From a bacterium (GTDB taxonomy: Bacteria > Patescibacteriota > Patescibacteriia > Patescibacteriales > GWC2-42-12), in contig JAUSGE010000014.1 in NCBI GenBank assembly GCA_030649205.1, positions 28,717 to 92,716 on the forward strand: 64,000 nucleotides of DNA, read 5' to 3'. This document shows, one piece after another, positions 45,544 through 54,608 of the stretch. How positions within the stretch are numbered: the first letter of the stretch is position 1; each line of letters starts with the position of its first letter. The position numbers and the translations under genes are program-made. Under the pieces are notes generated by a model. It was given only the letters and a program-made list of their open reading frames with translations, made no database searches and was not told the origin of the DNA.

Positions 45544-46308
45544 TTAAAATCCAAATAATTCAGGATGGCGAGCGAAGAACATCATTAAAGGAGCAAGGCT
45601 TATCCCCATATGATGGATCACTCCATCCGCCGTTTTTCCGGCCGCGATTCGCCGCCGTATTTCTTTGACGGAAAGAAACTCTATTTTTCTGATATCCTCT
45701 CCGTCGCCAGCCGTTAAACCGGACGGATCATCGCTGACTGGCAACACCACTTGCGCAAATGCCACTAAGGTGCCGTTGCGTATCAATGTGGGATCTTGCC
45801 AGCAAGTTGCTGGTTCGGGGATTTCTATTTCTATTACTTCCCTTATACCGGCTTCCTCTCTCAGTTCCCTGTGAACGGCCCGTTCAACTCCTTCCTTAAG
45901 GGGAAGTTCGCGGTCAGCAGCGGTTAAAAATCCCATCGGGATCTGTCCAAAGACCAATAAACCTGGTTCTGGATGTTCCGGATCATCGGCAAACGGCCGC
46001 GCTTGCTCCAGATACGCCAGTTTAGTTGTGCCGCCCGCATCGCGCCCCCAGGCGACAATCGCTACTCCCGACTTCTGGGAATACAATAATTTGTCGTAAA
46101 TGGGTTCGCCTTTGCCGTCAAGCGCCACAACCAACTGCGCGAAACCTGAAAATCCTTCCAATTTCAGATCGCAGCCCGGAGGCAGGGTAAGCACGCTTCC
46201 GTCAGGAAGTGTAACCCTCGCCTTCCACGCGCTGGGTTGGCTAGCGATTTTTTCCGTTTGTTTGAAATCAATTCTCCGAGCTTCCGCAAACGTTACGAAT
46301 GTTTTCAA
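45544..46308 (-). CDS. NUDIX-family hydrolase (degenerate Nudix box), GC-rich relative to neighbours
   Basis: E-x7-RELREEAGI matches REUxEExGU of the Nudix box; visibly higher GC (e.g. ccgcccgcatcgcgcccccaggcgac) than the flanking AT-rich genes. Confidence 0.55.
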   Translation of the reverse strand: MKTFVTFAEARRIDFKQTEKIASQPSAWKARVTLPDGSVLTLPPGCDLKLEGFSGFAQLVVALDGKGEPIYDKLLYSQKSGVAIVAWGRDAGGTTKLAYLEQARPFADDPEHPEPGLLVFGQIPMGFLTAADRELPLKEGVERAVHRELREEAGIREVIEIEIPEPATCWQDPTLIRNGTLVAFAQVVLPVSDDPSGLTAGDGEDIRKIEFLSVKEIRRRIAAGKTADGVIHHMGISLAPLMMFFARHPELFGF

Positions 46309-46388
46309 TGTCCATCTCCTTTCTTTATGTTTTTTTTATGTTGTTTTTTTACAACACACTATCTTATTATAATAACTAATTTTTGTCA

Positions 46389-46403
46389 ACTTCCTATGAA
46401 AAA
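46389..46403. repeat. left copy of a 14-15 bp direct repeat (target-site duplication) flanking the IS
   Basis: acttcctatgaaaaa, identical to 47848-47862. Confidence 0.7.
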
Positions 46404-47847
46404 TGTAAAAATTTTATGATAATGTCCTACTAGCGTCAAATAGAAATGTCCTAACTGATGTGATAAGGTGTTTAGTTGTTTTTAATCAACTAAACATAAA
46501 ATCACATGGCTACGAACATAACTATGTCTTTACCCGAGGTAAAAAAGTATGACATTATCAAGCAAGTAATTAACAAAGAATTGAACGGCAGCCAAGCTGC
46601 CGGACTGCTGAATCTGACAACGCGCCAGATCAGGCGGCTAAAGAAAAAAGTAGATAAGCGCGGAATCAAAGCCTTGATCCACGGCAACCGAGGCAAGCCG
46701 GGCAACCGCCGCCTGCCGGCTAAAGAAAGGAAAAGAATAGCCGGCCTGATAAAACAGAAGTATCCGGATTTCGGCCCGACTCTGGCCGCGGAGAAATTAA
46801 CTGAATTGGACAAGATTGAGCGCAGCCGCGGCGCCGTTCGTTCCATCATGATCGCGGAAAAAATCTGGCAGCCCAAGTCCAAGAAAAAAGAAACCCACCG
46901 GGAATGGCGGCAGAGAAAAGCCTCTAAGGGCGAGCTGATCCAATACGATGGCTCTTACGAACATTGGTTTGAGGATCGGGGCGGAGAAATCTGCCTCTTG
47001 GCCTCGATTGATGACGCTAACAGCGAAGTCCGAGCCAGATTTGATGAACACGAGGGCGTTGAGCCGACATTCAGCTTCTGGCGGGACTACATTGAGCGTT
47101 TCGGCAAGCCCAATGCGATTTATGTGGATAAATTCAGCACTTATTCGATGAACCACAAACTGGCCAAAGAGAACCCTGATACCCTGACCCAGTTCGAACG
47201 AGCCATGACAGAACTGAATGTCGGCATCATCCACGCCCACAGCCCGCAAGCCAAAGGCCGGGTAGAAAAACTGTTCGGAACATTGCAGGACAGGCTGATT
47301 AAAGAATTAAGGCTGGCTGGCATTTCCACCATCAAAGAGGCAAATGAGTTCCTTGAAAGAGTATTCCTGCCGAAGTTCAACGCCAGGTTCATGGTTGAAC
47401 CCAGAAGCCGGGCTAATCTGCATAAGAAATTAAATGAGCAGGAAAAGAAAAAATTAGATTCCATTTTCTCGCGGCAGTACCGGAAAGTCGTGATGAACGA
47501 TTTCACCGTCAGCCACAAGAAACATTGCTATCAGCTGGAAAAAATCCAGCCGGTAACAATCTGCAAGCAAGATAGGGTTACCGTGGAAGAGCGGCTGGAC
47601 CGAACGATCCAATTCCGCCTCCGAGGCAAATATCTTAATTACAGGCTGTTGCCGGAAAAACCCAAAAAGATCAGCGACGCCAAAAACAGCTTGCAATGGG
47701 TCATCCCTAAGTCAACCGCCCACATACCGCCGGTCAACCATCCCTGGCGCCAAACAGCCAATTTAGAATATCTTAAAAAACTAACCAAAGTGTCAAAGTA
47801 GGACATTTCTAAAAAACGCCAAATAGGACATTTCTAAAAGACCTTTA
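46404..47847 (+). mobile_element. insertion sequence, IS481/ISNCY-like (single rve/DDE transposase, TGT...ACA termini, ~50 bp imperfect terminal inverted repeats)
   Basis: IR-L tgtaaaaattttatgataatgtcctactagcgtcaaatagaaatgtcctaa versus the reverse complement of IR-R gtaaaggtcttttagaaatgtcctatttggcgttttttagaaatgtcctac. Flanking 15 bp direct repeat; GC higher than the host locus. Confidence 0.8.
46506..47801 (+). CDS. DDE transposase (HTH plus rve integrase core), IS481/ISNCY-like
   Basis: N-terminal HTH (LNLTTRQIRRLKK). D (IQYDGSYEHWFE), D (AIYVDKFSTY), E (HSPQAKGRVEKLFGTLQD) are characteristic of rve-type transposases. Confidence 0.8.
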   Translation: MATNITMSLPEVKKYDIIKQVINKELNGSQAAGLLNLTTRQIRRLKKKVDKRGIKALIHGNRGKPGNRRLPAKERKRIAGLIKQKYPDFGPTLAAEKLTELDKIERSRGAVRSIMIAEKIWQPKSKKKETHREWRQRKASKGELIQYDGSYEHWFEDRGGEICLLASIDDANSEVRARFDEHEGVEPTFSFWRDYIERFGKPNAIYVDKFSTYSMNHKLAKENPDTLTQFERAMTELNVGIIHAHSPQAKGRVEKLFGTLQDRLIKELRLAGISTIKEANEFLERVFLPKFNARFMVEPRSRANLHKKLNEQEKKKLDSIFSRQYRKVVMNDFTVSHKKHCYQLEKIQPVTICKQDRVTVEERLDRTIQFRLRGKYLNYRLLPEKPKKISDAKNSLQWVIPKSTAHIPPVNHPWRQTANLEYLKKLTKVSK

Positions 47848-47862
47848 CACTTCCTATGAAAA
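47848..47862. repeat. right copy of the target-site duplication; includes the ATG of the downstream epimerase gene
   Basis: acttcctatgaaaaa identical to 46389-46403; the atg at 47856 is the start codon of the 47856..48860 CDS. Confidence 0.7.
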
Positions 47863-48860
47863 AAATATTAATTACCGGCGGCGCCGGTTTCATCGGCTAT
47901 CATCTCGCCAATGAACTTCTAAAAAACCCCGCCAATCATCTGACCCTAGTTGATAATCTTCAGCGCGGCCGGATAGATGAAGATTTTAAGGCGCTTTTAA
48001 AAAATAAGCGGGTGCAATTCATTAAAGCAGACTTAACCGACCAAAAATTTTACAAAAAATTAGACAAAAATTTTGACCAAGTCTATCATCTGGCCGCCGT
48101 CAACGGCACCAAGTGGTTTTACAAAATGCCGCAGGAAGTGTTGCGCATTAACACTTTATCTTTAATTTATATCCTTGAATGGATAAAAAGTCTTAAGAAA
48201 AAAACAAAACTCTGTTTTACCTCTTCCAACGAGGCCTACGCCGGCGCGCTCGCGTCGTTTAATAAATTGCCTATCCCAACGCCGGAAAAAGTCCCTTTAG
48301 TTATCAGTGACACTTATAATCCGCGCTGGACTTATGGCGCCACAAAATTAGTCGGAGAGCTTTTCGTTATCTTTTACGCTAAAGTATATAATTTTCCGGC
48401 GATTATTGTCCGGCCGCATAATTTTTACGGCCCGCGCGCCGGCTATGATCATGTGTTGCCCGAATGGTCGCAAAAAATTATCGCTCGCCAGGACCCGTTT
48501 ACTATTTGCAGCCCGAAAGAAACCAGAACCTTCTGCTATATCACCGACGCGGTCAAAGCCATGCGAATGCTTATGGATTCATCAATAACCGATAACCAGC
48601 CGATTGAAACCGTCCATATCGGCGCCAGCGATGAAATTACCATGGAAAAATTGGCGGAGAAGATGTTTGAAGCGGCCGGCTGGAAGCCAAAAAAAATAAT
48701 CAGCCAGCCCTCGCCGGCAGGCAGCGTTAAGCGCCGCTTGGCTGATATAACAAAAATAAAAAAATTAATCGGCTGGCGGCCGGAAACAAAATTGGCGGAC
48801 GGGCTGAAAAAAACTTTTGAGTGGTACACGGTTCATTCTAAAAAATATGGTAAAGCTTAA
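47856..48860 (+). CDS. NAD-dependent epimerase/dehydratase (extended SDR)
   Basis: [16 protein letters not shown]; YGATKLVGE (YxxxK). Confidence 0.75.
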   Translation: MKKILITGGAGFIGYHLANELLKNPANHLTLVDNLQRGRIDEDFKALLKNKRVQFIKADLTDQKFYKKLDKNFDQVYHLAAVNGTKWFYKMPQEVLRINTLSLIYILEWIKSLKKKTKLCFTSSNEAYAGALASFNKLPIPTPEKVPLVISDTYNPRWTYGATKLVGELFVIFYAKVYNFPAIIVRPHNFYGPRAGYDHVLPEWSQKIIARQDPFTICSPKETRTFCYITDAVKAMRMLMDSSITDNQPIETVHIGASDEITMEKLAEKMFEAAGWKPKKIISQPSPAGSVKRRLADITKIKKLIGWRPETKLADGLKKTFEWYTVHSKKYGKA

Positions 48861-48971
48861 AATCGCCCCTGGAGACTTAAGGCATAAAATCATAAGCCGG
48901 CATTCTGTTTAAAAAAGTGGTACTTGGCATGCGATATAGAAAATTATTAAATTTTATTAATTGTTAATATT

Positions 48972-50927
48972 ATGTTAAAAATATACCTAGCTGATCTCGT
49001 GTACGATACTATCAAAACAAACTACACGGTTCCTCTTAATATTGCCTATATCGCGGCATTGCTTGAAAAAAGATTCAGCAAACAAGTCAAGATTATTCTT
49101 TTTAAGTATCCAAAGGAACTTGAAAAAGCCATATCTAAGGATCCTCCGGACATTATCGGGCTTAGCCATTATAGTTGGAATTCTAGGCTTAGCCTTCTTT
49201 TTGTTAATATGGTTAAAAGGTTGAACCCAAAGGTAATAACAGTAATGGGCGGACCAAATATAAGAACTGAACCATCTGGCATAAAGGCGTTCTTGAAAGC
49301 AAACCCGAATCTTGATTACTACATTATGTTTGAGGGGGAAGAGTCTTTTGCGGACTTGGTAGGAGGCATCCTCAACGGAAAAGTAAGACCAACCCCAAAT
49401 AGTTGCGCGACAATTATTGGCGGAAAACTGATTTATTCTCCCGTTGATTTTATCAAGAAACCAAAAGAGATTGACCTGCCAAGCCCATATCTTACAGGCT
49501 GGCTTAACAAATTTCTTAAGGACCCGAATATGATCCCCTTGCTTGAAACAAACAGAGGTTGCCCGTTTGGTTGTTTATATTGCGCCTGGGGAGTTACTAC
49601 ATTGTCAAAGGTAAGATTGAGGGATCTAAGCGTGATCAAAAAAGAGATCGAATATGTTGCTGAAAATTCCGCGGGTCAGGTAAAATGGATTTTTTGCGAC
49701 GCTAACTTTGGATTATTTGATCGTGATGTTGAAATTGCCAAGATTATAAGAAATGTCATGGACAAAAAAGGATTTCCAGTATTATTGGATCTTTACCATT
49801 CTAAAAATACGAGTGAAAGAAATATTGAGATAGCCAAGATAATAAAAACCCAATCGGGATATATTGCAATCCAGTCTTCTGACCCCTGCGTTCTTAAGTG
49901 TTGCGGCAGAGGCGGTATTAACATGGATCATATAAAAGCTCAGATTAAGTATTATAAAGATAATAACATGGAAGTTGGCACGGACATTCTTATCGGGCTT
50001 CCCGGAGAAAGCGTAAAAAACCACCTGACTTCCTTAAAGGACTCATTTGATATCGGATTTGATGATATTCGCCCGTATAATATCCGGCTTTTGCCTGGGT
50101 CAAAATATGAAGACGATACGCGCAGAAAGGAATATGCAATAAAGACAAAATTCAGGCCAATTTTTGGCGCATATGGCATCTATGATGAAAAGATTGTTTT
50201 TGAGATTGAGGAATCGGTCAGAGCTACAAAAGACATGTCCGAAAAAGAGCTTAACAATTTTAAGATTCATCATTGGCTGATCTATTTTGCCTGGAATGTA
50301 GGAATGTTTAAACCCATTCTCAAATTTGCTCAAAAAAGAGGCGCCAACCCCGGAGAAGTATTGGATAAACTCGCACATTCCAAGGATCCATCGATAAAGA
50401 GAATATTTGATTATATGAAGAATAAATCAATGGAAGAATGGTTTAATACAAAAGAGGATATGATCAAATTCTATAAGAGCCGGAGGAACTACGATAAACT
50501 CGTAAACGAATTTGTAAAACTAAACTTTTTGTACATCGCGCTGGTTTATAAAGATGCCGGTATATTAACATCAATCCAAAATGAACTAGTCAGAATCCTA
50601 AGAGAAGAATACCGTATTGGAGGTATATTATTTGACAAAACGCTAGACTTGACAGAAAAATTGGCCTGCAAGGACTTATTGCAAGGGGATACCAGTAAGA
50701 GAGTGAAATATCCCGGAGAGGTTGTCTCTTTAATAATAAATAATCCCGAGCTTTTAAAAAAACAAAGTGTTGAAGTTGAGATTTACAGGCCTAAGAAGTA
50801 TGATTCTTTATGCCGGTTTTATTTAATGCCTAATGGCAAAAAGGACATTTCTTTAAAAAATTTCACAAGGTTTTTGGAGAATGACGGAATGTTTACATTG
50901 AGGAACAAGATTAGATTGGTTAGTTAG
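48972..50927 (+). CDS. B12-binding-domain radical SAM protein with ~200 aa C-terminal extension (651 aa)
   Basis: MGGPNIRTEP region; TNRGCPFGCLYCAWG (Cx3Cx2C); longer than the ~450-480 aa paralogs. Confidence 0.8.
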   Translation: MLKIYLADLVYDTIKTNYTVPLNIAYIAALLEKRFSKQVKIILFKYPKELEKAISKDPPDIIGLSHYSWNSRLSLLFVNMVKRLNPKVITVMGGPNIRTEPSGIKAFLKANPNLDYYIMFEGEESFADLVGGILNGKVRPTPNSCATIIGGKLIYSPVDFIKKPKEIDLPSPYLTGWLNKFLKDPNMIPLLETNRGCPFGCLYCAWGVTTLSKVRLRDLSVIKKEIEYVAENSAGQVKWIFCDANFGLFDRDVEIAKIIRNVMDKKGFPVLLDLYHSKNTSERNIEIAKIIKTQSGYIAIQSSDPCVLKCCGRGGINMDHIKAQIKYYKDNNMEVGTDILIGLPGESVKNHLTSLKDSFDIGFDDIRPYNIRLLPGSKYEDDTRRKEYAIKTKFRPIFGAYGIYDEKIVFEIEESVRATKDMSEKELNNFKIHHWLIYFAWNVGMFKPILKFAQKRGANPGEVLDKLAHSKDPSIKRIFDYMKNKSMEEWFNTKEDMIKFYKSRRNYDKLVNEFVKLNFLYIALVYKDAGILTSIQNELVRILREEYRIGGILFDKTLDLTEKLACKDLLQGDTSKRVKYPGEVVSLIINNPELLKKQSVEVEIYRPKKYDSLCRFYLMPNGKKDISLKNFTRFLENDGMFTLRNKIRLVS

Positions 50928-52419
50928 ATAGTCTGAGTTTTAAATCTAATTTTTTAGCGATTAAATCAACCAGCAGAGTTAATTTTTCTTTTTCAATTTC
51001 CGGCGCTTCTCCCTGTTCCCAGATTTTTGTTAAATCAATCGGCGCCGATTCTTCTAAGATAGCGCCGATAAAATTTTCCAGCTCGGTTTCGTCATGGCGG
51101 AAATTTTCCAATTGTTTTTTTATTAAGAATGGCAGCTGTTCAATTTCGTGGCAATGTTTTACCGTTGACAAGGCGTTATAAAAAACATCGCCGAAAGTAA
51201 TTATCGGTTTTTTGAATAATATGCCTTCCCAGCCGGTGGTGCCGGTAATGGTAGTTATTAATTTAGCGTTTTTGAGAAGGTCAAAAGAACCGGTACGGGG
51301 ATTTACTAATTTAACATTGGGAATTTTTTTCAGCTTTTTATAATAATCATGCGTCCGATAGCCGACCATAGTCGGGTGTTCTTTGACATAAAGTTTAAAG
51401 TGAAGCGGCAAGGATTTGGCAATTTGTTTAATTAAGTTGATTTGGTCGGTCCAGAAAGGCGCCATCAGCATAGTGGCAACCTCCGGCTCTAAATGGAGAG
51501 GAAAAAAAGCGAAATCTTCTTTTAAATCAATCTCATCATACAAATGCTTAAAACCGATTAACGACCGGACTTTTCGGCGCAGGCGGTCAAAGAAGTAAGT
51601 TAGCGGCTGCTCATCGCAGTAATCGCGGAATTGCTTTTTAAAAAAATAGCGCCAGCAGATAATCAGAAACCAGCTTAATGATTGGAAAAATTTTTTTGAA
51701 AATAGCCAGTTAATTTGCCGGCCTCGTTCAACGTCAATTTCGCTTTTTAAGTCATAATAAAAAGCGGCCGGGTGTTCACGAAATTCCAGGAGATATTTTT
51801 TAGCTTCGGCTAATTTTTGGCCTGAAACCTTGTTTTTGATGAAAAAAAGCTTGGCATAACTGAAATTTTTATAATTTTCCGTCAAAGTATAGCCATTATT
51901 TATCCGCGTTTCAGCGCCGATAAAAATTTTGATATTTTTCTTTTTAGCTATTTCATATAGCAATAGGCTGCTGATGCTGCCGACGATCGTCATAAAAATA
52001 AAATCAGGTTTTTCGCTTTCTAAAAAATATAAAATCGCCTTGGCCTTAACTTGAAAAATTTTCATCATTTCTTCGTGAGTGTATTTAGGAGTATCGTAGG
52101 GATATTCTCGCGCCAGCATATTGAACATCACTACTCGATCCAGGGTGACATAAGGCCAAAGATTGGGGATGCCATATTCTTGCTCAAAGTTATTAAGGAA
52201 GGCCAAATCTAATTTTTCATTATGGTAGCGCTCATGCAGATCTTCATCTAATATGAGGGAAGTATAATTGATTTCTTTTTGATTTTTAAGAAATTCAAAA
52301 CTGGAGCGGAGATAGACATAACCGCAAAAGTTTTCAACGCCGTATTTTTCTTTTAAAATAACGGCTACTTTATGGCCGACATAAGCGAAGCGCCGCTGGA
52401 GCAGAAAGCAAGCTTTCAT
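50920..52419 (-). CDS. GT-B-like putative glycosyl/ulosonic-acid transferase, Capsule_synth (KpsC/KpsS)-like
   Basis: LYVKEHPTMVG and KLITTITGTTGWEGILFKKPIITFGDVFY resemble the HP...(I/V)TxNSxxGxEALxxGKPVITxG core of KpsC/KpsS/LpsZ proteins; tentative. Confidence 0.4.
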   Translation of the reverse strand: MKACFLLQRRFAYVGHKVAVILKEKYGVENFCGYVYLRSSFEFLKNQKEINYTSLILDEDLHERYHNEKLDLAFLNNFEQEYGIPNLWPYVTLDRVVMFNMLAREYPYDTPKYTHEEMMKIFQVKAKAILYFLESEKPDFIFMTIVGSISSLLLYEIAKKKNIKIFIGAETRINNGYTLTENYKNFSYAKLFFIKNKVSGQKLAEAKKYLLEFREHPAAFYYDLKSEIDVERGRQINWLFSKKFFQSLSWFLIICWRYFFKKQFRDYCDEQPLTYFFDRLRRKVRSLIGFKHLYDEIDLKEDFAFFPLHLEPEVATMLMAPFWTDQINLIKQIAKSLPLHFKLYVKEHPTMVGYRTHDYYKKLKKIPNVKLVNPRTGSFDLLKNAKLITTITGTTGWEGILFKKPIITFGDVFYNALSTVKHCHEIEQLPFLIKKQLENFRHDETELENFIGAILEESAPIDLTKIWEQGEAPEIEKEKLTLLVDLIAKKLDLKLRLSN

Positions 52420-52502
52420 TTTTTATGGAGTTATTATTAAATTAACGGTATATTGAAATAATAGCACTATTCTAAAAAGTGTCAATAACCTAATGACCCC
52501 TG

Positions 52503-52531
52503 TTGACACCTTTTGACATATACGGTAAAAT
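52503..52531 (+). promoter_or_regulatory. near-consensus sigma70-type promoter (TTGACA-17 nt-TAAAAT) with an overlapping palindrome GTGTCAA...TTGACAC
   Basis: ttgaca at 52503-52508, taaaat at 52526-52531; the ATG at 52540 follows ~8 nt later (leaderless-type). Inverted repeat gtgtcaa (52479-52485) / ttgacac (52503-52509). Confidence 0.55.
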
Positions 52532-52539
52532 GGTCATAT

Positions 52540-52788
52540 ATGGCTCAAGAAATAAAATCCAACGAAGTTTATACTACGGCCGAAACGCAGCAATTGCTGA
52601 AAATAAGCTCCAGTACGATTAAGCGCATGCTTAAAAAAAAGCTGATTAGAGCCAATAAGGTTGGCGGGCAGTATCGTATTTTAGGCAAGGAAATTTTGCG
52701 CTTGGTTTCTCCGGAGGTTGAAAAACAAGCGATTAAATCGTATTTAAAATTGAAGCAAAAAGTTGTGGATAAAATAAATAAATGGTAA
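52540..52788 (+). CDS. small helix-turn-helix DNA-binding protein (excisionase/MerR-like HTH_17 type)
   Basis: YTTAETQQLLKISSSTIKRMLKKKLIRANKVGGQYRI is the classic excisionase-family HTH; start set at the ATG downstream of the promoter rather than 52513. Confidence 0.6.
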   Translation: MAQEIKSNEVYTTAETQQLLKISSSTIKRMLKKKLIRANKVGGQYRILGKEILRLVSPEVEKQAIKSYLKLKQKVVDKINKW

Positions 52789-52806
52789 TTTTTATTAGTA
52801 TCATTT

Positions 52807-54594
52807 ATGATTTTGCCAAATAATAAATTAGTAAATTTTTCAAAAATTTTTTATAAAGCCTATTGGGGATATAAAAAGCAGATTTTAGCGTTAACGGCGC
52901 TTGGTTTTTTAAGCAGTTTGCTTGAGGGCATAGGCATTAATGTCGCCATTCCTATTTTTTCTTTTCTTTCAGGCACTAATAGCCAGGCCAATGATTTTAT
53001 TTCCGAAATAATTAAAAAATCTTTTGGCTTTTTTAGCATAAATTACAGTTTGAAATATCTGTTTATTTTTGTTTGCGGCTTGCTTATCTTCCGGGTTTTG
53101 GTTTTGCTCTTGTCTAATTACATTAAAATAAAAATTGCCGCCGTCTATGAAGAAAAAACCAGAGGCGAATTATTTAAGCTTACCGCTGAAGCTAATTGGC
53201 AATATTTATTAAAACAAAAATTAGGCCACTTGGAAACTATCTTGGTAACCAACGTTAGATATGGCAGCGTGCTCTTGCAATATATCAGCGACTGCTTGAT
53301 GATGGCGACGAGCTTGCTGGTTTTTCTTCTGGTGGCGATTAATATTTCCTGGCTAGTCACTTTAATTACCGTAGCGCTGGGCGGATTGATATTTTTCGCC
53401 TTTAAGCCGTTTTTACATAAAACCAGAACTTTGTCGCGGGAAAACGAAAAAATTAACCGCCAGACGTCTCACCATATCAATGAAAATATTTTAGGCATGA
53501 AAACCATAAAAGTAATGTCGGCCGGCGATAAGATAGTTGATAAGGCCAAGGAATATTTTAAAACTTTAAGGGAGTTGATTGTTAAAACTTCATTTTTAAG
53601 CATAGCGACCAACGCATTGATTCAGCCAATCGGCCTGATTTTTGTTTTTATTATTTTTGCCATTTCCTATAAAACCGGCATATTTAATTTCGCCGCCCTG
53701 GCCGCTATAATTTACTTGATCCAAAGAATATTCACTTACGGCCAGCAGCTGCAGACGACTTTTTACGTCATGACCAATTCCGCCTCTTACGTTGATAAAA
53801 TGCTTGAATATCGGGATGAGATAATAAAAAATAAAGAAATTGACAGCGGCACGGACAGCTTTAAATTTGATAATTTTTTAGAATTTAAAAATGTTAGTTT
53901 TTATTATGACCAGGCTAAACAGATATTGAATGAAGTCAATTTTACCGTTAACAAGGGGGAGATGATCGGCTTAATCGGCCCGTCCGGAGCCGGTAAAACT
54001 ACGATCGTTGATATAATTTTGCGCCTGTTTAATCCGGTCAAAGGCGAAATTTTATTAGACGGTAAAAATATAAATAAGATTGATATTAATGAATGGCGTA
54101 AAAATATCGGCTATGTTTCCCAAGATATTTTTCTTAAAAACGATACTATCGCCAATAATATAAAATTTTATAATGACGCGATTTCCGATAAAGAAATGGA
54201 AGTCGCGGCTAAAATGTCCAATATTTATGATTTTATACAGAGTTGCCCGGATAAATTTGCCAGCGTTATCGGAGAAAGGGGAATTTTATTATCGGCCGGG
54301 CAAAGACAGAGAATCGTTATCGCCAGAATTTTAGCCAGGCGTCCGGAAATTTTAATTTTGGATGAGGCCACCAGCGCTTTAGATAATGAGTCCGAAGTGC
54401 AGATTCAAAAGGTTATAGAAAATTTAAAAAATAAAGTAACGGTTTTATTAATCGCCCATCGCTTATCTACGGTAATGAATTGCACCAAGCTGTTAGTCCT
54501 GCAAGACGGAGAAATCAAAGAGCAGGGTTCGCCGGAAGAATTATTAGCGGATGAAAAATCTTATTTTTATAAAGTGAATAACATTAGAAAATAA
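52807..54594 (+). CDS. ABC transporter, fused permease-ATPase exporter (type I exporter, MsbA-like)
   Basis: Six N-terminal TM helices; Walker A GPSGAGKTT; signature LSAGQRQRIVIAR; Walker B ILILDEATSALD; H-loop IAHRLST. Confidence 0.9.
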   Translation: MILPNNKLVNFSKIFYKAYWGYKKQILALTALGFLSSLLEGIGINVAIPIFSFLSGTNSQANDFISEIIKKSFGFFSINYSLKYLFIFVCGLLIFRVLVLLLSNYIKIKIAAVYEEKTRGELFKLTAEANWQYLLKQKLGHLETILVTNVRYGSVLLQYISDCLMMATSLLVFLLVAINISWLVTLITVALGGLIFFAFKPFLHKTRTLSRENEKINRQTSHHINENILGMKTIKVMSAGDKIVDKAKEYFKTLRELIVKTSFLSIATNALIQPIGLIFVFIIFAISYKTGIFNFAALAAIIYLIQRIFTYGQQLQTTFYVMTNSASYVDKMLEYRDEIIKNKEIDSGTDSFKFDNFLEFKNVSFYYDQAKQILNEVNFTVNKGEMIGLIGPSGAGKTTIVDIILRLFNPVKGEILLDGKNINKIDINEWRKNIGYVSQDIFLKNDTIANNIKFYNDAISDKEMEVAAKMSNIYDFIQSCPDKFASVIGERGILLSAGQRQRIVIARILARRPEILILDEATSALDNESEVQIQKVIENLKNKVTVLLIAHRLSTVMNCTKLLVLQDGEIKEQGSPEELLADEKSYFYKVNNIRK

Positions 54595-54608
54595 TTATTT
54601 TTTATATT

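Noticed and set aside
46797-47696. Three minus-strand ORFs (46797..47249, 47141..47518, 47454..47696) within the IS
   Set aside because: All lie antisense to the intact transposase gene; there is no independent support.
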